NCBI GenBank assembly: GCA_963729625.1
Contig: CAVSOU010000011.1
Location: 160,001-224,000, forward strand
Direction of reading: 5' to 3'
Length of the DNA: 64,000 nt
Source: an uncultured bacterium
Lineage (GTDB): Bacteria > Chloroflexota > UBA5177 > JANWHV01
Below the pieces are notes generated by a model. The model saw only the letters and a program-made list of their open reading frames with translations. It ran no database searches and had not been told where the DNA came from. The position numbers were made by a program, and so were the translations under genes. Positions 21,701-30,447 of this stretch are shown here, piece after piece; position 1 is the first letter of the stretch, and every line of letters starts with the position of its first letter.

Positions 21701-22125
21701 TGATCCGAAGTGACCAGCCGGTGATTGCCGAGCGCGCTATGTACATGGGGGCCCCGAATGGGCCTTCCGGCGGTGGCACGGATGTATTTGCTGCCTCGCA
21801 GACCAGCACCGGCTGGGCATTTGCATCGGGTGATACGAGCGGCGGACAGAAGGAATTCGTTGCGCTGCTGAATCCTGGCGGGACCGCGACCACCGTGCTT
21901 GCCACCTGGTACAACAGCGACGGGCAGCTCACGCAGCAAGGCTTCAACTTGGCTGCCTACGCCCGCATGACGGTAGATGTCGTTCTGTCCGCCCTGTCGC
22001 TTCCAGCCGGCACTCACGGCCTGGTGCTGCAATCGAAGACCGGGGTGCCATTCGTGGCGGAGGAGGCTTTGTACAACAGTACCCTGCAGCAAGGAGGGGC
22101 AGTGCCGGGAATCCCAGTGAGCTGA
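18755..22125 (+). CDS. Large secreted Ser/Thr-rich protein with Ig/IPT-like repeats and C-terminal WYFA(E/D)G repeats; two apparent frameshifts near 18900 and 19070
   Basis: Signal peptide in 18755 frame; LTLTPSSG.VGT.VTASG repeats in 18906 and 19132 frames; WYFAAG/WYFADG/YLAEG/WAFASG repeats. Confidence 0.75.
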
Positions 22126-22300
22126 ATGCTTCCTGCAGCCCGGGGTGCCACGACCCGCGCTTCGCGCCGGTACCCAGTGGGTCGCCCTTCCATTCTGCCG
22201 CAACTGGAGGTCAAGTTCAGAGCAGTCGCGGGCCAGGCCCCCGATACCGCACGTTCAAGTTGGAAGCATAGAGCGCCAGTTAGCGGATAGCGGTGGGACA

Positions 22301-22345
22301 ACAGGCCGGAATGAGCACGTATCGTCTGCTCATTCCGGCCTGTTT
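22301..22345 (+). terminator. 17-bp hairpin, probable terminator
   Basis: acaggccggaatgagca / tgctcattccggcctgt followed by tt. Confidence 0.65.
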
Positions 22346-22563
22346 GCGCGGTCGAGAGCCCTGTCGCGTAACCGAGCCCAGTGCCGCAAGCGTCGGGTCT
22401 ATGCTACTATCTATGACCGAGGCTGGTGCATGCCGCGGCTCGCTGCGGCATCCGGAGCCGGCTTCTACGCTGCACCGGCGTGTCGCGAATCGTGCGTGCG
22501 CTCGAATGCGTGCCGGGCGCTCGGCGCTCGAGTTCACGCGGAAACCGGTCTAGAGGGAGAGGC

Positions 22564-23268
22564 GTGGAACAGATAGAGCTTCGCGGCGTTACGAAGGCTC
22601 TCGGCAAGGGCAACCAGCGCATTGTGGCCATCACCAATGTGAATCTGGTCATCTCCAGAGGCGCCTTCCTCAGCATTACCGGACCGTCGGGATCCGGCAA
22701 GACCACATTGCTCAGGCTGATCGGCGGCTACGAGAAACCTTCGGCCGGCTCCGTCCTGGTGCAGGGCGTGAATCTCGACACGCTGAAGTTTCTCAAACGG
22801 CGCCGCTTCATCGCGAGTACGTTCGCGTACATGCCCCTGTTCATCGACACGCGCCGCTACCGTACCGCGCTGGCCATGGTGATGGCCGATCTCCCTCGCT
22901 CCATGGCGAAAGATGAGAAACGCCGGCGAGCCATGGCGATGCTCGAACGCGTCGACGTCGCCAATCATCACGCGGCATCGCCCCTCAAGCTATCTGGTGG
23001 CGAACAGCGACGCGTCGCTCTGGCACGGGCGCTGGTAACCGAACGGCCCATTGTGCTGGCTGAGGAACCAACAGGGCAGGTCGATCCGGTCACTGGGCGG
23101 GCGCTGCTCGCACTGATGCGCGAAATCAACGCTCTGGCCAGCACGACGTTCATCGTGGTGACAGAGAATGAAGCCCTGGCGCGTGAAGCAAAGCGCACGA
23201 TCCGGCTCGAGGAGGGCCGAATCACCTACGATCTCGGAAGATCGATTGCGCCCTTACCACGCTCCTGA
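22564..23268 (+). CDS. ABC ATP-binding protein (LolD/FtsE-like), degenerate motifs, no adjacent permease
   Basis: GPSGSGKT, LSGGEQRR, Walker B IVLAEEPT, H-loop VVTEN. Confidence 0.85.
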   Translation: MEQIELRGVTKALGKGNQRIVAITNVNLVISRGAFLSITGPSGSGKTTLLRLIGGYEKPSAGSVLVQGVNLDTLKFLKRRRFIASTFAYMPLFIDTRRYRTALAMVMADLPRSMAKDEKRRRAMAMLERVDVANHHAASPLKLSGGEQRRVALARALVTERPIVLAEEPTGQVDPVTGRALLALMREINALASTTFIVVTENEALAREAKRTIRLEEGRITYDLGRSIAPLPRS

Positions 23269-23534
23269 GCTCGCGCGACCACTGAGGCGCCAAGGTCCCT
23301 GCACATCCAGTCGAATTCGCATATAATAGGGAAAGGTGCGCGGCGCCCAGCCTCGGTCGTTGCCGTACCGCGAGAGTTGAGTTGCGGGTCCGACACCCGC
23401 TAGACGTCGGGAGATCGCCTAGAGGATACGAGCGAGACAGTTGGTCGGCTGGTTTACCCAGCTTTGGGAGAGCGGTTTTTACCGAAAAGTTCTGTCTTCG
23501 ACGGACCACGCGTGCCTTAGAAAGGTATGTGCAC

Positions 23535-24638
23535 ATGGCTAGCGTATCCTTGAAACACGTCTACCGCAAGTTCGGCGACGTTATCGCCGTAAACGACGTC
23601 AATATCGACATTCTGGACAAAGAGTTCCTGGTCCTCGTCGGCCCGTCCGGCTGTGGCAAATCCACTACCCTCCGCTTGATTGCCGGTTTGGAAGAGATTT
23701 CCGGCGGCGAGATCATGATCGGCGAGCGCATTGTGAACGACGTGCCGCCGAAGGACCGCGATATCGCAATGGTATTCCAGAGCTACGCGCTCTACCCGCA
23801 CATGAATGTCTATGACAATCTGGCCTTTGGTCTGCGGCGCCGCAAGACTCCCAAGCAGGAAGTCGACAAGCGCGTCCGCGCTACCGCGCAGTCGCTGGGC
23901 ATCGACAACCTTCTCGACCGCAAACCCAAGCAGCTTTCAGGTGGCCAGCGCCAGCGCGTCGCGGTTGGTCGCGCCATCGTGCGCCAGCCAAAGGTCTTCT
24001 TGATGGACGAGCCGCTTTCGAACCTCGACGCGAAGCTGCGCGTCGAGACCCGCGCCTACCTGATCAAGCTGCACCAGCAGCTGCAGACTACGGTCATCTA
24101 CGTCACCCACGACCAAACTGAAGCCATGACCATGGGAACGCGCATCGCGGTGATGAAGGACGGATTCCTGCAGCAGCTGGCGGCGCCCCAGGAAGTCTAC
24201 GATCATCCGTCCAACATCTTCGTCGCCGGCTTCATCGGCAGCCCGTCCATGAACTTCTTCGATGCGCGGGTGGTTACCGAGGGTCAGTCGTCATGGGTCG
24301 ACACGGGCGTGTTCCGGGTGCGCTTGCTTGGTGAGAAGCGGCAGAAGGTTCTCGATCACAGCTCGCAGGAGCTTGTGCTCGGCATCCGCCCCGAGGATAT
24401 CTACGACCGCGCGCTCCTCTCGGAAGCGAATCCGTCCGATGTCGCTACCGTGAATGTCGAAGTGGTAGAGCACATGGGCAGCGAGATCTACGTGTACTTC
24501 GTTGCCGGCAAGGCGCAGTTCGTCGGCCGGCTCGATCCGCGCAGCCGAGCGACCTCGGGCAAGCCGTTGGATGTCATGTTCGACTCCGACCACATTCACC
24601 TGTTCGACAAGAACACGCAGGCCTGCATCTCGAATTAG
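23535..24638 (+). CDS. Sugar ABC transporter ATP-binding protein (MalK/MsiK/UgpC family)
   Basis: GPSGCGKST, VFQSYALYPHM, LSGGQRQR, MDEPLSNLDAKLR, YVTHDQ, C-terminal TOBE region. Confidence 0.95.
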   Translation: MASVSLKHVYRKFGDVIAVNDVNIDILDKEFLVLVGPSGCGKSTTLRLIAGLEEISGGEIMIGERIVNDVPPKDRDIAMVFQSYALYPHMNVYDNLAFGLRRRKTPKQEVDKRVRATAQSLGIDNLLDRKPKQLSGGQRQRVAVGRAIVRQPKVFLMDEPLSNLDAKLRVETRAYLIKLHQQLQTTVIYVTHDQTEAMTMGTRIAVMKDGFLQQLAAPQEVYDHPSNIFVAGFIGSPSMNFFDARVVTEGQSSWVDTGVFRVRLLGEKRQKVLDHSSQELVLGIRPEDIYDRALLSEANPSDVATVNVEVVEHMGSEIYVYFVAGKAQFVGRLDPRSRATSGKPLDVMFDSDHIHLFDKNTQACISN

Positions 24639-24770
24639 TAGTCTACCGGCGGTCGCTCACCCCGCTGCTGGACGGCCCGGCAGCGGGGTGATTGGCAAGC
24701 CGTGATCGCGGGGCTGGGCGACCGACCACGGCGGGGCTGTGGTGGCCGCCGGCACAATGGCAGATGGATC

Positions 24771-24804
24771 GCAGGAGGGGACGCCATTCGGCGTCCCCTC
24801 CTGC
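24771..24804. terminator. 15-bp hairpin between convergent genes
   Basis: gcaggaggggacgcc attc ggcgtcccctcctgc. Confidence 0.7.
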
Positions 24805-24826
24805 GCATGTCCTGTCGATACGGTTT

Positions 24827-25157
24827 TCAGCCCGCCAGGGCACGGAGCAGCGCCATCGCCGCCACTCCGGTAACGACAGTCCCGAGCAGGCTGCGCGTGC
24901 GAGCCGCGACAAGCAGCGTCGGTATGGCGGCAAGCAGGGCGATGTTGTCGGGCGGCAGCGCAAGATGCCCGTCGGGCCGCGTGACGGACTGGGCAAGAAG
25001 TGCCGCCAGCACGGCAATAGGGACATAGCCAAGCCAGCGGATCACCCACCCGGGCAAGGTCGCCCGGCTCAGCAGGGCCAGAGGCAAGCACGCGAACACC
25101 GACGGTCACCAGGCCCGATCCCACGATAGCCGCGAGCACCCACAGCCTCACTTCCAT
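24827..25157 (-). CDS. azlD: AzlD family membrane protein; frameshift near 25095
   Basis: MEVRLWVLAAIVGSGLVT..R then LPLALL...WLGYVPIAVLAALL...RTRSLLGTVVTG in another frame. Confidence 0.8.
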
Positions 25158-25882
25158 CGCGTCTGCTCCTCCAGGGTCACCCCGGCAGTTGCCGAGGTGA
25201 CTGCGGCGGCGATGATCGCCCAGCTGGCAGGGACGATCTGAGCGCCGCCGACGGCGATCATCGCGGAAACACCGGCAACGACAATCGCGTGGCGCAGCCG
25301 TGGATGGCTCGAAATCTGCAGCACCAGCAGCGCCGCGAACATGGCGGCCAGCGCAAAATCCAGCCCCAGTGCGCGCGTGTCAGGGATAGCGCGTCCCACC
25401 AGGGCGCCTGTGGTAGTGGCTGTCAGCCAGGTTGCCTGCGCTGTCACGTTGAGCCCAAACAGCCATGGCGCCGAAGCGACGCGCCCATCGGCAAGATGGT
25501 TCATGGCCACCGAGAAAGTCTCGTCGGTCAGCTCGGCGCCTATGAGCGCGCTCTTCCAGAGCGGGAAGTGCCGTACGCGGGGCGAGAGCGCGGCGCCGTA
25601 CAGGAAATGCCGGATATTCACGAGAAACACCGTAATCACGATGGCCGAGACGGAGGCGCCGGCACCGATCAGCCCGGCTGCTACAAACTGGGCCGATCCG
25701 GCGTACAGCAGCAGCGACATCATGCCGACCTCCAGCGGCGATAGTCCGGCGGTCCGCGCCACCACCCCGAAGGCAAGGCCAATAGCCAAATAGCCGAGAA
25801 TGATCGGCAGACACGCACGGGCGCCGTCGCTGAGCTGCTCTCTCTCTGTCCTGGTACGTGCCGTTTCGCTTGGCTCAGGCAC
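25148..25882 (-). CDS. azlC: AzlC family branched-chain amino acid exporter
   Basis: LGYLAIGLAFG, YAGSAQF, VNIRH.LY, LTDETF, LGLDFAL.AMF. Confidence 0.92.
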   Translation of the reverse strand: MPEPSETARTRTEREQLSDGARACLPIILGYLAIGLAFGVVARTAGLSPLEVGMMSLLLYAGSAQFVAAGLIGAGASVSAIVITVFLVNIRHFLYGAALSPRVRHFPLWKSALIGAELTDETFSVAMNHLADGRVASAPWLFGLNVTAQATWLTATTTGALVGRAIPDTRALGLDFALAAMFAALLVLQISSHPRLRHAIVVAGVSAMIAVGGAQIVPASWAIIAAAVTSATAGVTLEEQTRWK

Positions 25883-26045
25883 GGGCAAGCATCCTTTCCA
25901 AGATCGGCCGGCAACCATGGAGCCCGCGCCCGCCGAATAGCGCAATTCGCTTCCAAGTATGACGCCTCCCGGCGGAACGCGGCCACTCGGTGCGCGACGG
26001 ACACGTCGCTCCGGGGTGCCGCCGCCGGAAACCGGGTACCCCACG

Positions 26046-26154
26046 CTCAGTGGCGCACCGTATATGACCGTCGTCGAAACCATTGCCGTGATGGGCTCAG
26101 TCGCACCCGGACTCAGCACTCAGTGGCGCACCGTCTATGACCGTCGATGAAACC
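26046..26154. repeat. Two 36-bp direct repeats separated by 37 bp
   Basis: ctcagtggcgcaccgt(a/c)tatgaccgtcg(tc/at)gaaacc at 26046 and 26119. Confidence 0.85.
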
Positions 26155-26158
26155 CCGG

Positions 26159-26178
26159 CATCACCCACTCTTGTGGGT
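26159..26178 (-). repeat. REP-like hairpin element, also at 41283-41302
   Basis: Reverse complement acccacaagagtgggtgatg is identical to 41283-41302. Confidence 0.7.
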
Positions 26179-26631
26179 CCCCGGCCGGGGAGTCTCACTG
26201 ATGACCTAACGGCGGTGTTCAGACCGCCTTCGTCCGGTTTCGTATCCACGGCGACCCATGCTGATTGGGTCTTGCTCCCCCGCTGCTCAGCATGTCCTTT
26301 CGACGGCGGCCCGTGCGCAGGGCAGGGGTCGTCTGGCAGAATGCGGCCCCGCCGGGCGCGACCGACGGCGACCCGCTGCAGTAGGTGCCTCGAGCAGATA
26401 CCCGGGCCTGTGGGCCCGAGCCTCGCCGCTACGGCGGGCCGCCGCCAGAGTCGATCCGCCTGCTCCCTGCGGATCGGCACCCGATCAAAGAATCCAGGCG
26501 CACCCGGTGCTCAGACCCGGCAATCGGTGACGGTGCCCAGGACGTACACTGAATTTGGAACGGCAAGGACGGTTCTTGCCCTGCTAGTATCGGTGCGCAC
26601 GCTGCAAGCGGAATGAAGGAGAGCGCGTCAA

Positions 26632-27486
26632 TTGTACCAATATCGAGATAAGGTAGCTCTCGTCACGGGTGCGTCATCGGGAATCGGCGAGGCATTTGCC
26701 TGGGCACTGGCGCGGCGGCGCATGAGGCTTATTCTCGTGGCCAGGTCAGACGACAAACTTCGCCGGCTTGCCGCCGAGCTCATCCGCAACTACCGCGTAC
26801 GCGTCGAAGTGGCAGCTATCGATCTGGCTGAAGAGGGTGCGACGGATCGGCTGCTTGCGGAAGTAGAACGGTTGGCGATGCCGGTCGACCTGCTTGTCAA
26901 CAATGCCGCATTCAGTAGTCACGGTCCCTTCGAGAGCATTTCCCGGGAACGCGATCACCGGCAGGTGCTTCTCAACGTCGCGGCAGTGGTCGATCTCACG
27001 CATGCCGTGGTGCCGGGAATGCTCGCCCGGGGTGGTGGCGCGATCGTGAACGTCGGCTCGATTCTCTCGTTCTGGCCGTTGCCCGGTGAATCTGTCTATG
27101 CTGCCGGCAAGGCCTTTGTTCTGTCATTTTCCCGGGCACTCGCGGCGGAGTATGGGGATCGCGGGCTTCGCGTGCTGGCGTTGTGCCCCGGCACGACCGC
27201 CACGAACTTCGCCCGAGCCGCGGGAGCTCCCAAGTCTCGCGCCCGCTTTGGCCTGCTCAGCCGGGCGCTGGTTCGCCGGCCGGAGCAGGTCGTATTGACG
27301 GCGATCAGGGCCCTGGAGTCGGGCAAGCCCGTGGCCGTGGACGGCCCGTTCAACCGGCTCGCGGTGTATATGCAGCACCCTGTGCCGAGGATGTTGATCG
27401 CGCGGTGCTTCGCTGCCGGCCAGCCGGCCCTCCGGGCGGCCAAGGTCAGGAGCGCCGAAGCGAATCCCTCCGAGCCTCCGTCGTAA
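26632..27486 (+). CDS. SDR family oxidoreductase
   Basis: TGASSGIG, LVNNA, YAAGK, CPG.TAT. Confidence 0.92.
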   Translation: MYQYRDKVALVTGASSGIGEAFAWALARRRMRLILVARSDDKLRRLAAELIRNYRVRVEVAAIDLAEEGATDRLLAEVERLAMPVDLLVNNAAFSSHGPFESISRERDHRQVLLNVAAVVDLTHAVVPGMLARGGGAIVNVGSILSFWPLPGESVYAAGKAFVLSFSRALAAEYGDRGLRVLALCPGTTATNFARAAGAPKSRARFGLLSRALVRRPEQVVLTAIRALESGKPVAVDGPFNRLAVYMQHPVPRMLIARCFAAGQPALRAAKVRSAEANPSEPPS

Positions 27487-27610
27487 GCCGAGGAGCTGCC
27501 GTAATCGCGCGGCTGGCGCTTCAGGTTTTCATGGCCCTTAGGCCGCCACCGCGGCCCACACCGCAGTGGGGATCCCCTTCCATTCGACCTCAGTCGGAGG
27601 CATCCTCAAG

Positions 27611-28501
27611 TCAGGCGCCAAACGCAAGCTCTGCCTGTACCGCCTGGCCTGACGAGTGAAGCCAGTCCACCAGTCCGTAGCGCTCTCGGATCTCGGCAAC
27701 CTGATCTGCGAGCTGTTCGGACGCCCGGCGCGGAGGATACTTGCCCGGGTAGAGCCGAGCGTGGAGCGGGAGGAGCTCCGGATATTCGAGCTCGAGGAAA
27801 CGCAGGTAGTGAGCGCGCTCACCGGCTCCGAGGTGCAACGCGCCGGCGGCGAAGAATGAGGCTCCGTGCTCGGCCGCCGCGCGTACCGTCGCTTCGAGCT
27901 GGTCCGGCCTGCCACTGAGGCCGGGGATAATCGGCGCGGCAAGCACGCCAACGCGCACGCCTGCGCTGGCCAGCGCGGCCATAGCATGGAGCCTCTTGGC
28001 GGGCGGGGCAGTGCCCGGCTCGGTAGCACGCCAGATGGATCGGTCGATCGTAGGAATACTGAAGCACACGACGCATCCCGCGCGCCGCTCGACGTCCGCC
28101 AGCAGATCGATGTCTCGCATGATGAGCGTGCCCTTGGTGACCAGGCTCAGCGGGTTCCGAAAATCGTTGAGCACCTCGAGCATGCGCCGTGTAATGCGGA
28201 ACCGTCCCTCTGCAGGCTGGTACGGGTCGGTCGCGCTACCGATCGAAATGCTCTCTCGGCGCCAGGAAGGCAGTCTCAGCTCGTGGAACAACAGTTCTGG
28301 CGCGTTGACCTTGGCAAGGATGATGCCGGAGAAGTCCTCGTCGACGTTCAGATCCAGGTAGGTGTGCGTGCCGCGCGCGTAGCAATAGTGGCAACCGTGC
28401 ACACAGCCCCGATAGGGATTGATGCTCCACTTGAAAGGCATGCCGTACACGCGATTGATGATTCGCTTGGAGGCGATCTCGCGATACTCGACCCTGGCCA
28501 T
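27611..28501 (-). CDS. SPL-like radical SAM protein (Rv2578c-like)
   Basis: NPYRGCVHGCHYCYAR, ATDPYQPAE, APIIPGL. Confidence 0.9.
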   Translation of the reverse strand: MARVEYREIASKRIINRVYGMPFKWSINPYRGCVHGCHYCYARGTHTYLDLNVDEDFSGIILAKVNAPELLFHELRLPSWRRESISIGSATDPYQPAEGRFRITRRMLEVLNDFRNPLSLVTKGTLIMRDIDLLADVERRAGCVVCFSIPTIDRSIWRATEPGTAPPAKRLHAMAALASAGVRVGVLAAPIIPGLSGRPDQLEATVRAAAEHGASFFAAGALHLGAGERAHYLRFLELEYPELLPLHARLYPGKYPPRRASEQLADQVAEIRERYGLVDWLHSSGQAVQAELAFGA

Positions 28502-28638
28502 GCTGCCGCCCTCGCTACCAGTAGTCTGTCGCCGGTGAATAGTAGCGCTCACTGGGACCGCAGTCTTGGTGCGCTGCCCTGATGCCGCAGCTTCAGGCAT
28601 GCACCACAGTGCAACCACGGCACCCAGACAAGATACTA

Positions 28639-28660
28639 GATCATATGTTCCAGTATAGCA
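28639..28660 (-). promoter_or_regulatory. Extended -10 (TGcTATACT) followed by a LexA-box-like GAAC-ATAT-GATC
   Basis: gatcatatgttc 28639-28650, one mismatch to GAAC-N4-GTTC, upstream of a DNA-repair-type gene. Confidence 0.6.
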
Positions 28661-28708
28661 GGCTTCGACGAACAAGGCTGTTTGGCCTGGGCGGATCGCT
28701 CTTGTACC

Positions 28709-29914
28709 TCACGCCTCCGATTCGAGTGGAAGCACGACTCTCATTTCCGTGCCACCATCCGGCGGGAACGCAGCGTCCATCCGTCCGCCGTGCAGTTCGA
28801 CTATCTGGTGCGACACATAGAGTCCAAGACCCATGCCCGAACGATGGGCGCCTGCGTGCGCCTGGTAGTAGCGGTCGAAGATATGCGCGCGCTCCGTTTC
28901 GGGAATGCCGATACCATGGTCGCGAACGTATATCCGTGCCGGCCCATCGGTGTCTCGCGACACGCTAACGGCTATCTCCCCTCCGTCTGGGCTGTACTTG
29001 ACTGCGTTGTCGACCAGGTTCGTGATCACTTGCTCCAGACGCAGGCCGTCCACCGAGGCGATCAGGCTGGCGGGCGCGTGCACGACCAACGTGTGCGCGG
29101 ACGTGCGCGATTGCGCATCCGACGCTACGGTGCGAATGATAGAAATCAGGTCGGTTTGCTTGCGTTCCAGCTGCAGCCGGCCGGCCTCGATACGCGACAC
29201 ATCGAGCAGCTGGTCAACGAGGAGGTTGATCTTCTCCGATTGCCTGGCGATGGTCTGCAGGGCACGACGTACCAGGGCTGTGTCGGGTTCACGCCCACGC
29301 CCGTAGATCCGGTCCAGCGCTTCCGCGAAGCCCAGGAGACTGGTCAACGGCGTCTTCAGCTCATGCGCCGCGACGGAGAGGAATTCGTCGCGCTGGCGGA
29401 CTGCCTCCTCCGCCGCTTCCGCTCGCAGGCGCTCCGCCTCCGCTTGCCTCCGCTCGGACGTATCGCGTATCACCGCCGTGACCAGTGCCTGGCCGTCGGA
29501 GACGAATGAGCTCAAGCTGATCTCGACAGGGAACATGGAGCCATCCTTCTTCCGCCCGTGCAATTCTAGCCCTGCGCCCATCGGACGCACTCGAGGGCTC
29601 TGATGATATCCCGCGCGATGAGTCACGTGGCGAGCCCGGACCAGCTCCGGCACGAGCGCTTCAACTGTCATGCTCAGCAGCTCTTTGCGACTGTAGCCGA
29701 ACATATGCAACGCCTGGAAGTTGACGAAGACAATTCGACCACGTCCGTCGACGGTCAGGATCGCGTCTGGGACGGATTCTAGCAAGTTGCGGAGATACGA
29801 TTCGGTGATGATCGCGTCGTTCGCCAGATCGCTGAGGCCGTCGCCCGAACCCTCGGCTCCGCGGTTGCTGTCGGGCTCATGGTTTGTCGGGAGCTCTCTG
29901 GTGGGTGGTGGCAT
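28709..29914 (-). CDS. PAS-domain sensor histidine kinase
   Basis: PAS (PDAILTVD..G.I.FVN, DGSMFPVEISLS), HELKTPL, NLVDNAVKY, DHGIGI, GMGLGL. Confidence 0.95.
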   Translation of the reverse strand: MPPPTRELPTNHEPDSNRGAEGSGDGLSDLANDAIITESYLRNLLESVPDAILTVDGRGRIVFVNFQALHMFGYSRKELLSMTVEALVPELVRARHVTHRAGYHQSPRVRPMGAGLELHGRKKDGSMFPVEISLSSFVSDGQALVTAVIRDTSERRQAEAERLRAEAAEEAVRQRDEFLSVAAHELKTPLTSLLGFAEALDRIYGRGREPDTALVRRALQTIARQSEKINLLVDQLLDVSRIEAGRLQLERKQTDLISIIRTVASDAQSRTSAHTLVVHAPASLIASVDGLRLEQVITNLVDNAVKYSPDGGEIAVSVSRDTDGPARIYVRDHGIGIPETERAHIFDRYYQAHAGAHRSGMGLGLYVSHQIVELHGGRMDAAFPPDGGTEMRVVLPLESEA

Positions 29915-30447
29915 TGGATCACTCTCCTGCTAACTGGCGAGATCCTGGCCATTGGTGCGGGCTCGGACATGACGCCCTTTCCGCACTGTCGCCACGCGTC
30001 GCTGCTCAGGCATGGCAGACGGTTAGGATAACATTTCTCCTGCCGGCATGGCGGGAATTGCATCGGCGATGGTTACTTGCGGCACTGCGCTCCGGCTGTC
30101 ACTGCTCTGCGGTGGAGCTTTGTCGTCCCTAGGCCAGGTCACCTTGATATACCGCGCTCGTCGCGTTTCGGCAAGGCTGCCGCGTTCCGCATGCCAGCCG
30201 GCAGGCGCATCACATCACGTCGTCCTCACGGCAACTTCTGCTCGCGGCAACCCGCACCCCACGAGCCGTGCTTGCACGAGGTCCGCCCCCTCAGTAAGCC
30301 GCACAGTGTCGATGGCTTTGGCCGAATTGCCCTCAGCCACAAGAGCCGTTGTGCAACATCGCGCTGCTCCCGTATCATGTCGGTCAACCACGGCGTGGCG
30401 CGAGTCCCATGTCCCTAGTGGCACCATTTTGACATAAGGAGTTACCC

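Noticed and set aside
26148-26215. Hammerhead ribozyme (GAAAC...CTGATGA)
   Set aside because: No room for stem I between the GTC and CTGATGA, and no convincing stem II
30050-30447. T-box leader before the proS-like gene
   Set aside because: Only a partial gtggcacc; no full T-box, stem I motifs or terminator
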